From assembly GCA_942493055.1 (NCBI GenBank), contig OW818680.1:3590406-3654405 (forward strand): DNA of 64,000 nt, given 5' to 3'. Position 1 is the stretch's first letter, and each line of letters starts with the position of its first letter. The notes under the pieces are model-generated. The model worked only from the letters and a program-made list of their open reading frames with translations, made no database searches and had not been told where the DNA came from. The DNA comes from an uncultured bacterium. Lineage in GTDB: Bacteria; Verrucomicrobiota; Kiritimatiellia; RFP12; UBA1067. Of this stretch, positions 45,268-54,145 are shown one piece after another. Position numbers and translations under genes: made by a program.

Positions 45268-45317
45268 CCTCTTTTCTTATTGCCTTTTTCCAAGGAACAT
45301 CGGTACACTGTATCGAC

Positions 45318-45797
45318 TTGGGTGAAAAAGAAAGCGAGGAATGCGTGAGTACCGTTCAGGATGCCCTTAAGCGCTATGTTGAGATTCAGGAAGAGGTCGC
45401 AAAACTGGAGACTGAGAAAAAGCGGTGGCGGGATGTGCTGGTCGCGCACATGCAGCAGACCGGGCAAAGTATGTGGACCCCTATGCTGGACACGAAGCAG
45501 TTGACAGTCCGCTATTATCCGAAGACAACAGTCAAGTACGATGAGGCCTTGCTGCAACAGCGGCTGGGTGATAAATATCTCCAGATTCTGGAGCCGGACG
45601 TAGCGAAAATAAAGGCGCATCTGGCTGAGGTCGCGCCCTTGCTGGCGCCGCTGCTCCCACAGGTCGGCTCGCCGACACGTGAGAAGGTGAAGGCCGCAGT
45701 CGAGGCGGGGGCGGTCGAACGTCATGCCTTTGACGGCGCGTTCACAAAAACGGATTCGTCTGTCTTCTCCGTCGGCAGAACCACAGTCCAGAAATGA
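45318..45797 (+). CDS. Hypothetical protein (159 aa)
   Basis: Coding-like composition between conserved genes; no recognisable domain. Confidence 0.4.
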   Translation: MGEKESEECVSTVQDALKRYVEIQEEVAKLETEKKRWRDVLVAHMQQTGQSMWTPMLDTKQLTVRYYPKTTVKYDEALLQQRLGDKYLQILEPDVAKIKAHLAEVAPLLAPLLPQVGSPTREKVKAAVEAGAVERHAFDGAFTKTDSSVFSVGRTTVQK

Positions 45798-45815
45798 CAG
45801 GGGTATTAAAAATTC

Positions 45816-47906
45816 ATGAAGACCTTATTAAAAGTCGGGACACGGGGAAGTAAGCTTGCAATGATTCAGACGCAGGATGCGTTGAATCGCATGGAGAAGC
45901 TCTTCCCGGAACTTGGATTCACCGTCGCGCCGATGGCCACCATGGGCGACGTGGATCTCACGACCGATCTGCGGCTGAGTCCCGATGACTTTTTTACGCG
46001 TGACCTGGACGAGGCCCTGCGGAGCGGCCGCATCGACATCGCTGTCCACAGCGCCAAGGACCTGCCTGACCCTGTGGCTTCGGACCTTGATTGGTTCTGG
46101 CTCCCCTGGCGCGAAGATCCGCGCGACGCCTGGATCCTCCCGAAGGGCAAGAGCATGGCCGACCTTTCGGCGGCGCCGGTGGTCGGCATCAGCAGCGCCC
46201 GGCGTGAAGCCTATTGCCAGACGCGCTTCCCTCGGGCAACAATGAAGACGATCCGCGGCACGATCCAGTCCCGGCTGGACCAGCTCGACGCCGGTCATTA
46301 TGATGCCATGCTCATGGCGGGCGCGGCGTTGAATCGCCTGAACTTGGAGGATCGCGTGACGGAATGGGTGCCTCTGGAAGCGCTTTCTGTGCCCGCAGGA
46401 CAGGGTTATCTGGCAATCACCTTCAGGATGGGGGACCCGGTGCTGACGAAGCTGCGCGGCTATTTTGTCAAGGCGGTCCGCTTTGTCGGCGCTGGCGTGG
46501 GCTCAGCCGATTATTGCACCCTCGGAGGCATTAATGATCTGCGCCAGGCAGAGGTCTGCCTCTATGATGTTTTGATGGATGAAGCGCTCCTGAAGTATGT
46601 GCCGTTGGGAGCGGAGCGCGTCTTTGTCGGCAAGCGCTGTGGCGAACATAGCGTGAAGCAGACAGACATCACAACGCTCATCGCAAAATATGCGCGGCAG
46701 GGCAAACGCGTCGTGCGTCTGAAGGGCGGAGACCCCGGGTTGTTCGGTCGCTTGGCTGAAGAGATCGAGGAGCTTGACCGCCTGGCCATTCCCTATCGCG
46801 TCCGTGCCGGTGTGAGCGCCTTGACCGTTGCCACAACCGGCACGGGCATGTTGCTGACCAAGCGCGGCGTGTCGCGCGGCTTCACGGCCATGACACCCCG
46901 TGCGGCGGAGGGCGGCGTCTCGGGTGTCGGCCGCGCAGTGCGCGACAAAGTTCCTCTGGTGCTCTTCATGTCCCTGAGCGTCGCTCCGGACATGGCTCAG
47001 CAGCTCATGGATGAAGGGTGGGAGGGCCATACGCCCGTGGCTGTTGTGTATGACGCGGGCTCGGACCAAGAGGTCATCCAGATGATGGACTTGAATCAAC
47101 TGAAGTCTCAATTTTCAAACCTCAACAATGATGCGCCCGGCCTGGTGATTATCGGCTCGGCTGCGGCGACCACCTATCAACGTGATATCGGAGCCTTGAG
47201 CGGTCAGCGCGTGCTCGTGACCTGCAGCGAGGCATTGCTGGAGAAGGCCGCCGTGCGCATCACAGATTTTGGCGGCTACCCGGTTCTGCGTCCGCTCATC
47301 AAACTCGTGCCGTGCGCCCTGCACGCGGACTATACGGCGTACGATTGGATCGTCCTCACCTCGCCCTCGGCGGTCCAGCTCTTTATGGAGCAGGCGAAGC
47401 AGAACGATTTGAGGAGGATTCCTAAAATCATGACCTGCGGTCCAGGCTCCGCCTCGGCCTTGAAGGCCTTTGGCATCCAGCCGGATCTGATGCCGCCGAT
47501 GGACTACAGCGCCGAGGGCTTGGCGGCTTTGCTGCAGGCAGCAGACTTTACAGGTGCGCGCGTCCTTCGCCTGCGCTCGGAGAAGGCAGGGACGCTGCTG
47601 GCCGATGTCCTGCGCGCAAAAGGCGCAATCGTTGAGGATGCAACGCTCTATGAAAATGAGTGGATCCGTTACGAGGCGCTGCCGCCGCATGAGGCGATCT
47701 TCTTCGCCAGCGCGTCAGGAGTCGAGTCGTTCTGCGGACAGTTTGGCGCGCAGGAGTTACAAGGCAAGGTGCTTGTTGCGATCGGCAAGCCCACAGAGGC
47801 CGCGTTGCAGGCGGTCGGCGCGAAAGCCGATGTGATCGGCGATGAAGCAACGGTGGAGGGCGCTATTTCAGCCTTGGCCCGTTCGAGTGTGAGAAACAGT
47901 TTATAA
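45816..47906 (+). CDS. Multidomain tetrapyrrole enzyme: HemC domains 1-2 + uroporphyrinogen-III C-methyltransferase (CobA/SUMT) + uroporphyrinogen-III synthase (HemD)
   Basis: Residues 1-220 match HemC (VGTRGSKLA, VGISSARR, RGTIQSRLDQLDAGHYDAMLMAGAALNRL). Residues ~223-460 are SUMT (FVGAGVGSADYCTLGG...VCLYDVL...VVRLKGGDPGLFGR). The C-terminal ~230 aa are HemD-like. Confidence 0.75.
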   Translation: MKTLLKVGTRGSKLAMIQTQDALNRMEKLFPELGFTVAPMATMGDVDLTTDLRLSPDDFFTRDLDEALRSGRIDIAVHSAKDLPDPVASDLDWFWLPWREDPRDAWILPKGKSMADLSAAPVVGISSARREAYCQTRFPRATMKTIRGTIQSRLDQLDAGHYDAMLMAGAALNRLNLEDRVTEWVPLEALSVPAGQGYLAITFRMGDPVLTKLRGYFVKAVRFVGAGVGSADYCTLGGINDLRQAEVCLYDVLMDEALLKYVPLGAERVFVGKRCGEHSVKQTDITTLIAKYARQGKRVVRLKGGDPGLFGRLAEEIEELDRLAIPYRVRAGVSALTVATTGTGMLLTKRGVSRGFTAMTPRAAEGGVSGVGRAVRDKVPLVLFMSLSVAPDMAQQLMDEGWEGHTPVAVVYDAGSDQEVIQMMDLNQLKSQFSNLNNDAPGLVIIGSAAATTYQRDIGALSGQRVLVTCSEALLEKAAVRITDFGGYPVLRPLIKLVPCALHADYTAYDWIVLTSPSAVQLFMEQAKQNDLRRIPKIMTCGPGSASALKAFGIQPDLMPPMDYSAEGLAALLQAADFTGARVLRLRSEKAGTLLADVLRAKGAIVEDATLYENEWIRYEALPPHEAIFFASASGVESFCGQFGAQELQGKVLVAIGKPTEAALQAVGAKADVIGDEATVEGAISALARSSVRNSL

Positions 47907-47921
47907 AATAACAGTAAGGGG

Positions 47922-50522
47922 ATGACGATGAAGAAATATGCTTATCTGATGCTGCTGGTGGTGTGCGGTTCTCTTTTTGCACAGGACAAAGCCATGGTCC
48001 TCGCCCGGCAGACGCTGGCGAAGATGACCCTCGAGGAAAAGCTCTCCCTCTGTGCCGGCAACAGTACCATGACGCTGAACGCGCTTCCGCGGGTCGGCAT
48101 CATGAATGAGTTCTGGATGTCTGACGGTCCGCACAACGTGCGTCCGGACTTAGCCCGCCAGACCTTTGATTCCGCCAATCGCAAAGACGACTTCTCAACC
48201 GCGATGCCGACGCTCACCGCACTGGCAGCCACCTGGGATGTCGGACTCGCAACGAAATTCGGCAACGTTATCGGCGAAGAGGCGCGCGACCGCGGCAAGG
48301 ATATGATGCTGGGCCCGGGCGTGAATATCATGCGCACCCCGGTGTGCGGACGCAACTTCGAATACATGACCGAAGATCCCGCGCTCGCCGCAGGCATGGT
48401 GGTGCCCTTCATCCGCGCCGTGCAGTCGCACGACGTGGCTTCCTGCGTCAAGCACTTCGCTGTCAACAGCCAGGAACTGGAACGCAATACCATGAATGTC
48501 GAGGTGGACGAACGCGCGCTCCGTGAAATTTATCTGCCGGCCTTCCGCGCGGCGGTGCAGGAGGCCAAGGTCCTGACCGTCATGAACGCCTATAACAAGT
48601 TGCGCGGCGTCTATTGCAGCCACAGCGACTATCTCAACAACCAGATCCTGCGCAAGGAGTGGGGCTTCGCCGGGTTTGTCGTGACCGACTGGGGCAGCAT
48701 GCACGATACGCTCGGAGCTGCCTTTGGCGGTACGGACGTTGAGATGAACGCCGGCAAGGATATCCGTTATTTCAAGGCGCCTCTGGCTCAGGCGGTGAAG
48801 GAGGAAAAGGTGCCAGCCGCCATGATTGATGAGAAGGTGCTCCGTATTCTGTACGTCATGGCGAAGATCGGCTTCCTGGATGGCCGTGCGCGCGCAAAGG
48901 GTTCGCGCAACACACCCGAACACCATCAGATCGCCCGTGCAGTCGCGGAGCAAGGGATCGTGCTGCTGAAGAACGATAAGCAGATCCTGCCGCTCGATGC
49001 AAAGGCGCTCAAGACCCTTGTGGTGCTGGGAAAGAACGCCATCACCAAACATTGCGGCAAGGGCTGGAGCGCAGAGGGCAAGCCGCTTTATGAGATCACG
49101 CCGCTGGAGGGCATCAAGGAGAAGCTCGGCAACAGCGTCAAGGTCATCTATGCGCCGCTGACGCTGGCGGATGAACAGTCTAAGCTGCTGCCGGTCAACG
49201 AGAGCTGCATCAACACCTTTGACACGCATATCAAGGATGCCGGCATGACCGTGCGGGCATGGAAGGCTGACTACTTTGCAAACATGAATCTTGACGGCGC
49301 GCCTGCAGCCTCTGGTTTTGAACGCAAGCTGAATGTCGACTGGAAATCCAACGCGCCTGTCAAGGAGGTGACACCCGACGCTTTCTCTGTGCGCTGGACC
49401 GCGAAACTGGTCGCGCCGGAATCCGGCCTCTATCAAGTGGGCGTCAGCGCCAACGAAGAGGCGGGCACGCGGATCACAATCGACGGTAAGGTCGTGGTGG
49501 ATAACTGGAAGGCTGACTGCAAGACCCCGTTTGCCACGACCGACGTGGCGCTCGAAGCAAAGAAGGAATATACGGTTGTTGTGGAGTACCGCAAGGGCAA
49601 GAGCGAATCGATCTGCACCTTTGGATGGCAGTTACCCTCTGAACGTGGCATGAGCCAGGCGGAGATTGAGAAGGCTGTGAAGTCCGCTGATGCGGTCATC
49701 GCGATTACAGGCACCGAGCATGGACATGGACGCGCACTGGAGTGCGAAGGCGGTGACCGTCCGAGTCTCTTGCTGCCGCCCGGACACGACGAAGCGCTTC
49801 AGACGCTCTTGTCCTGGCGTCCCGATGCGGTGGTTGTCCATCACAGCGGCGCTCCATCGGAGTTGCCCTGGGCGAGCGCCTGTGCCACACTGGTCCAGGA
49901 CTGGTATGGCGGACAAGAGGCTGGCCGCGCGCTGGCAGCGGTTCTCTTCGGCGATGTCAACCCCTCCGGCAAGATGCCCCACACCGTGCCCATGAAGCTG
50001 GCGGATACGCCGGCAGTGATGCTCAACGCCTACAACCCGACAAACGTCACCTATGCGGAATCCATCTTTGTCGGCTACCGGTGGTATGATCACAAAAAGA
50101 TCGCGCCGCGCTTCCCCTTCGGACACGGACTCTCCTACACGACCTTCGCGTATGACAAACCCGTTGCCGCAACCGCTGAGCTGAAGGCCGATGGCACGGT
50201 TGAAATCAGCATCCCCGTGACCAACACCGGCAAGCGTGATGGCAAAGAGATTGTGCAGCTCTATGTCTCGGATCTGAAACCCGCGATTGAAAAGCCGGTG
50301 CGCGAACTCAAGCACTTCACCACGCTCAGCTTGAAGCCCGGTGAGACCCAGCGCGCGCTTTTCGTGATTTCACCGAAAGACCTCTCCTACTACAGCGTCG
50401 CGGACAAGACGTTCCGCGCGGACGCAGGCGAATATGCAATTGAATTCGGCGCCTCCTCTCGCGATATCCGCCAGAAGCTCACCCTGCGTCTGGCCAGCAA
50501 ATGGCTTGAGCAAGCCTTATAA
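47922..50522 (+). CDS. GH3 family beta-glucosidase/beta-xylosidase with an inserted PA14 domain
   Basis: Signal peptide; GH3 N-terminal domain (GFVVTDWGSM catalytic Asp region); PA14 segment (FSVRWTAKLVAPESGLYQVGVSANEEAGTRITIDG); C-terminal fibronectin-like domain. Confidence 0.85.
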   Translation: MTMKKYAYLMLLVVCGSLFAQDKAMVLARQTLAKMTLEEKLSLCAGNSTMTLNALPRVGIMNEFWMSDGPHNVRPDLARQTFDSANRKDDFSTAMPTLTALAATWDVGLATKFGNVIGEEARDRGKDMMLGPGVNIMRTPVCGRNFEYMTEDPALAAGMVVPFIRAVQSHDVASCVKHFAVNSQELERNTMNVEVDERALREIYLPAFRAAVQEAKVLTVMNAYNKLRGVYCSHSDYLNNQILRKEWGFAGFVVTDWGSMHDTLGAAFGGTDVEMNAGKDIRYFKAPLAQAVKEEKVPAAMIDEKVLRILYVMAKIGFLDGRARAKGSRNTPEHHQIARAVAEQGIVLLKNDKQILPLDAKALKTLVVLGKNAITKHCGKGWSAEGKPLYEITPLEGIKEKLGNSVKVIYAPLTLADEQSKLLPVNESCINTFDTHIKDAGMTVRAWKADYFANMNLDGAPAASGFERKLNVDWKSNAPVKEVTPDAFSVRWTAKLVAPESGLYQVGVSANEEAGTRITIDGKVVVDNWKADCKTPFATTDVALEAKKEYTVVVEYRKGKSESICTFGWQLPSERGMSQAEIEKAVKSADAVIAITGTEHGHGRALECEGGDRPSLLLPPGHDEALQTLLSWRPDAVVVHHSGAPSELPWASACATLVQDWYGGQEAGRALAAVLFGDVNPSGKMPHTVPMKLADTPAVMLNAYNPTNVTYAESIFVGYRWYDHKKIAPRFPFGHGLSYTTFAYDKPVAATAELKADGTVEISIPVTNTGKRDGKEIVQLYVSDLKPAIEKPVRELKHFTTLSLKPGETQRALFVISPKDLSYYSVADKTFRADAGEYAIEFGASSRDIRQKLTLRLASKWLEQAL

Positions 50523-50577
50523 ACTATCCAGCAATCTATAATAGGCAGGGCTCAGAATAATCGATAATCTGTTCCGC

Positions 50578-51063
50578 ATGAAAGCAAAGGAGCGTAACGG
50601 TATGGAAAGTCATGAGTTGCTCAGCCACTGTTTTAAGAAACTGGGTGTCAAGCACTGTGCCGCAGAGCTGGGGCTCTCTGCCCCGCTCCTCTACAAGTGG
50701 TGCGAGTCCAACAAAGGGACAGAGGATTCCGGGGCGGTCAATCCCCTGGACCGTGTCGCTCAGATCGTCCGCTTGACCGAGGACAGGAGTCCGGTCGACT
50801 GGCTCTGCGCTCAGGCAGGAGGGGTTTTTGTCGCTGACAGCCTTGCCGATAAGAGCACCCTGCCAGCCATGATGCAGCAGACCCACAAGATCCTCAAGGA
50901 GTTCTCAGACCTGATCCATGTGATCTCGGTCGGCATGGCTGATGACGGGAGGATTGACCGGGACGAAGCCAACCGCATCCGCGAAGAGTGGCAGCAGATG
51001 AAAACGATTGTCGAAGGTTTTGTCCGTGCCTGCGAGAAGGGGTTTTATGAAACTCAACATTGA
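50578..51063 (+). CDS. Hypothetical protein with a putative N-terminal helix-turn-helix
   Basis: 161 aa. Segment LGVKHCAAELGLSAPLLYKWCE resembles an HTH; the rest is uncharacterised. Confidence 0.4.
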   Translation: MKAKERNGMESHELLSHCFKKLGVKHCAAELGLSAPLLYKWCESNKGTEDSGAVNPLDRVAQIVRLTEDRSPVDWLCAQAGGVFVADSLADKSTLPAMMQQTHKILKEFSDLIHVISVGMADDGRIDRDEANRIREEWQQMKTIVEGFVRACEKGFYETQH

Positions 51064-51117
51064 CTTATCACAAAAGGTGACTTATCATCTCACACATAAC
51101 AACGGAGGAACTCTCTT

Positions 51118-51552
51118 ATGATGACTGCAGTTTATTGGCTTTACGCAGGTATTGGCTTGATTATTCTTGAGGTGATGACGCCTGGCCTGGTCTCCATCTT
51201 TTTTGGCCTGGCCGCCTTGGTCCTTGCGCTGATCACCTGGCTGGTGCCGGGGCTTCCCCAACTGGTCCAATGGCTGATGTTTTCCGCGTTTTCCATCCTC
51301 TTCATTGCCCTGCTGCGCAAGACCTTGAAGCAGACCTTCTCCGGAACATCCGAAGTGACGGATGACATGTTTGATTCCTTCTCCGGGAAGCGCGCGACGG
51401 TTGTTGAATTTATTTCCCCAGCGAAACCCGGACGTGTGGAGTTTAATGGTTCGAACTGGACAGCCGAAGCGGAGGAAGAGTTGGATGTCGGTATGCAGGT
51501 CCGGATTAAGAGCAAGAAGAATCTGACGCTGTACGTCGAAAAAAACGCGTAA
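51118..51552 (+). CDS. NfeD-family membrane protein (short form, OB-fold C-terminus)
   Basis: Two N-terminal TM helices plus a C-terminal beta-rich domain; immediately upstream of an SPFH gene, the canonical NfeD-stomatin pairing. Confidence 0.7.
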   Translation: MMTAVYWLYAGIGLIILEVMTPGLVSIFFGLAALVLALITWLVPGLPQLVQWLMFSAFSILFIALLRKTLKQTFSGTSEVTDDMFDSFSGKRATVVEFISPAKPGRVEFNGSNWTAEAEEELDVGMQVRIKSKKNLTLYVEKNA

Positions 51553-51588
51553 ACGTTCTCACATAACAAAAAACAAGGAGTAAAAAGC

Positions 51589-52500
51589 ATGGACAAGTTC
51601 ATAGGGATAGCTGTTGCAATAGCCGTTGTATACACGATACTGAAGTGCATTCGCATTGTGCCTCAGAAACAGGCTTTCATTGTTGAACGCCTGGGCAAGT
51701 ATTACAAGACACTGGATGCAGGCTTGCATCTACTGTGGCCGATCGTAGATAACGTGGCCTACAAGCACACCTTGAAGGAACAGGCGATTGACGTTCCGCC
51801 CCAACAATGTATCACACGTGATAACATCACCGTGGAAGTGGACGGCATCCTCTACCTCCAAGTCATGGATGCGGCCAAAGCCTCCTATGGTATCGGAAAC
51901 TACCTCTTTGCAACAACGCAGTTGGCACAGACCACCATGCGTAGCGAGATGGGCAAGCTGGAATTGGATAAGAGCTTTGAGGAGCGCACGCTGGTGAACT
52001 GTCAAATTGTTGAAGCCGTTGATAAAGCTTCTGATCCCTGGGGTATCAAGGTGACCCGTTACGAGATCAAGAACATCACGCCTCCGCAGACCATCCGTGA
52101 CGCCATGGAAAAGCAGATGCGCGCTGAACGTGAAAAGCGTGCCTTGATTGCTGAATCCGAAGGCGACCGCCAGGCCAAGATCAACCGCGCGGAAGGTGAT
52201 AAGCAGGAAGCGATCGCCAAGTCCGAAGGTGAAAAGATGAAGCGCATCAATGAAGCTGAAGGCCGTTCACAGGAAATTCTCCTCGTGGCACAGGCACAGG
52301 CCACAGGTATTGAACGCGTGGCTACAGCCATCAGCGCCAAGGGTGGTTCGGAAGCAGTCAACATGCAGCTCGCCCAGCAGTACCTGAATGAGTTCGGCAA
52401 GCTGGCAAAGACGAACAACTCCATGATCATCCCGACGGATCTCGCGAATGTCGCAGGCGTCCTCAAGGCCGCGACCTCGATCGTGAAGGAAGTGAAGTAA
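51589..52500 (+). CDS. SPFH/band-7 (stomatin-like) protein
   Basis: N-terminal TM helix, SPFH core (IVPQKQAFIVERLGKY...), and a coiled-coil Ala/Glu/Lys-rich C-terminus. Confidence 0.85.
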   Translation: MDKFIGIAVAIAVVYTILKCIRIVPQKQAFIVERLGKYYKTLDAGLHLLWPIVDNVAYKHTLKEQAIDVPPQQCITRDNITVEVDGILYLQVMDAAKASYGIGNYLFATTQLAQTTMRSEMGKLELDKSFEERTLVNCQIVEAVDKASDPWGIKVTRYEIKNITPPQTIRDAMEKQMRAEREKRALIAESEGDRQAKINRAEGDKQEAIAKSEGEKMKRINEAEGRSQEILLVAQAQATGIERVATAISAKGGSEAVNMQLAQQYLNEFGKLAKTNNSMIIPTDLANVAGVLKAATSIVKEVK

Positions 52501-52517
52501 GCCTGGATACAGGCGTA

Positions 52518-52704
52518 TTGAAACTTGAAACTGGATACTTGAAACTTGGTGTCCTGTCCCAAACAAGTTTCAAGTTTCTATACACGGCGACATAAGTGAG
52601 CGCTCGGTTTGGAGCGGAACGCCTTCGCGTTCCGGCCGGCGCGGGAAGCCGCGCCGCTCCCAGACGGTCGAATACTTATGTCGCTGTGTATAGTTTCAAA
52701 TTTC
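52518..52704 (+). other. Highly structured intergenic element (nested hairpins) between the SPFH gene and pilD
   Basis: Hairpin ttgaaacttgaaac...gtttcaagtttc with a loop containing gtcctgtcccaaac. Outer 19-bp stem tatacacggcgacataagt / acttatgtcgctgtgtata (52579-52597 and 52674-52692) encloses a GC-rich core with two internal palindromes. Confidence 0.6.
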
Positions 52705-52741
52705 ATTATCCCAGTAAAGTTATAGCAAGGAGAGCGATTAC

Positions 52742-53596
52742 ATGGACATCGATGAAATCTTTTTCTATTTTACATTGTTTGCCATGTTTTCCGCCCTCTT
52801 CGGTGCCTGTGTCGGCAGTTTTCTGAACGTCTGTATCTATCGGATACCCCGGGATGAATCCGTGGTGACCCCGCGGTCGCACTGTCCGCATTGCAACACC
52901 TTGATCCCGTGGTATCTGAACATCCCTGTGCTGAGCTGGTGCGTTTTGCGCGGCAAATGCGCCGCCTGCAAGGGGCCTATCGCGATCCGTTACACCCTGG
53001 TCGAGCTGCTGACAGCCGCGCTCTTCCTGGCGGTCTACGTGCAGTGGACGCTACCTGACACGTTCTACATGCAGCCGATTCAGCACGCGCTGATCGTGCC
53101 CATCTATTGGCTCTTCGTCTCGGGCTTGGTGCTGGGCACCTTTGTCGACTTTGAACACTACATCCTCCCGGACTCCGTGACCATTGGCGGCATGATTGTC
53201 GGGCCGCTCCTGAGTGCGCTGGTTCCGGCGATGCATGGCCAGGAGATTTGGTGGAAAGGGCTGATGCACTCAGGGCTGGGACTCTCCATCGGCTTCTGTT
53301 CACTCTTCGCAATCTCGTGGATTGGCGAAAAGATCTTCAAGAAAGAGGCCATGGGGTTTGGCGATGTCAAACTGCTGGGCGCGATTGGTGCCTTCCTGGG
53401 TTGGGAGGCTGTGCTTTTCACCATTGTGGCCTCCTCCTTTTTGGGCAGCATCGTCGGTGTTACGATGATCGCCCTGCGTAGCGCGAAGCTGCAGAGCGAG
53501 ATCCCCTTCGGACCTTATATTGCCGCAGGCGCGCTGATCTGGTCCTTTTACGGCCCGCCCCTGCTAAAAGTCTACATGAAGATGATGAGTATATGA
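52742..53596 (+). CDS. pilD: Prepilin peptidase (A24 family)
   Basis: N-terminal zinc motif CVGSFLNVCIYR...CPHCNTLIPW...CAACKGPI, then a polytopic peptidase domain with catalytic Asp residues (DFEHYILPD, GFGDVKLLGAIGAFLG). Confidence 0.85.
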   Translation: MDIDEIFFYFTLFAMFSALFGACVGSFLNVCIYRIPRDESVVTPRSHCPHCNTLIPWYLNIPVLSWCVLRGKCAACKGPIAIRYTLVELLTAALFLAVYVQWTLPDTFYMQPIQHALIVPIYWLFVSGLVLGTFVDFEHYILPDSVTIGGMIVGPLLSALVPAMHGQEIWWKGLMHSGLGLSIGFCSLFAISWIGEKIFKKEAMGFGDVKLLGAIGAFLGWEAVLFTIVASSFLGSIVGVTMIALRSAKLQSEIPFGPYIAAGALIWSFYGPPLLKVYMKMMSI

Positions 53597-54135
53597 GCAC
53601 CGTCAACAAAATCTTTCTCTCGGCGAATGACTATTTGCGGGATACGTGGCGGCTCGCCCGCTTGATCATGGATTCGGGCTGGCAGCCCGACTATATCATT
53701 GCGCTGTGGCGCGGCGGTGCGCCGGTCGGCATCGCGGTTCATGAGTTCTTTTACTACCATGGCTACCGTCCCCGGCACCAGATCATCAAATGCCAGTCCT
53801 ATACCGGCATCAAGTCACGCGAGCATGAAGTCCGCTTCGAACATGCGGATGAGGTTTTCAAAGATATGCCGGAAGGGACGCGCCTGCTGGTGGTGGACGA
53901 TGTCTTTGATAGCGGCCTGACCGCGCGCGCGGTCAGGGATCGCTTTGCCGCTTGCGATGTGGACCTGCGCTTTGCAACTGTCTATTGGAAACCCGGCCAA
54001 AACAAGACCACGCTCAAGCCCGACTTCTATGTGAGCGCGACCGAAGACTGGATTGTCTTCCCGCATGAGATGGACGGGCTCACCCCTGACGAAATTAAGA
54101 TAAAAGACCCCGCGCTCTACGCGCTGCTGAAGTAA
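53593..54135 (+). CDS. Type I phosphoribosyltransferase family protein (purine PRTase-like)
   Basis: PRPP-binding motif LLVVDDVFDSGLTA; 180 aa; 4-nt overlap with pilD. Confidence 0.7.
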   Translation: MSTVNKIFLSANDYLRDTWRLARLIMDSGWQPDYIIALWRGGAPVGIAVHEFFYYHGYRPRHQIIKCQSYTGIKSREHEVRFEHADEVFKDMPEGTRLLVVDDVFDSGLTARAVRDRFAACDVDLRFATVYWKPGQNKTTLKPDFYVSATEDWIVFPHEMDGLTPDEIKIKDPALYALLK

Positions 54136-54145
54136 GCGGCGTGCC

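Noticed and set aside
48195-49436. 413-aa minus-strand ORF
   Set aside because: Antisense to the GH3 beta-glucosidase, which has clear catalytic-domain and PA14 features.
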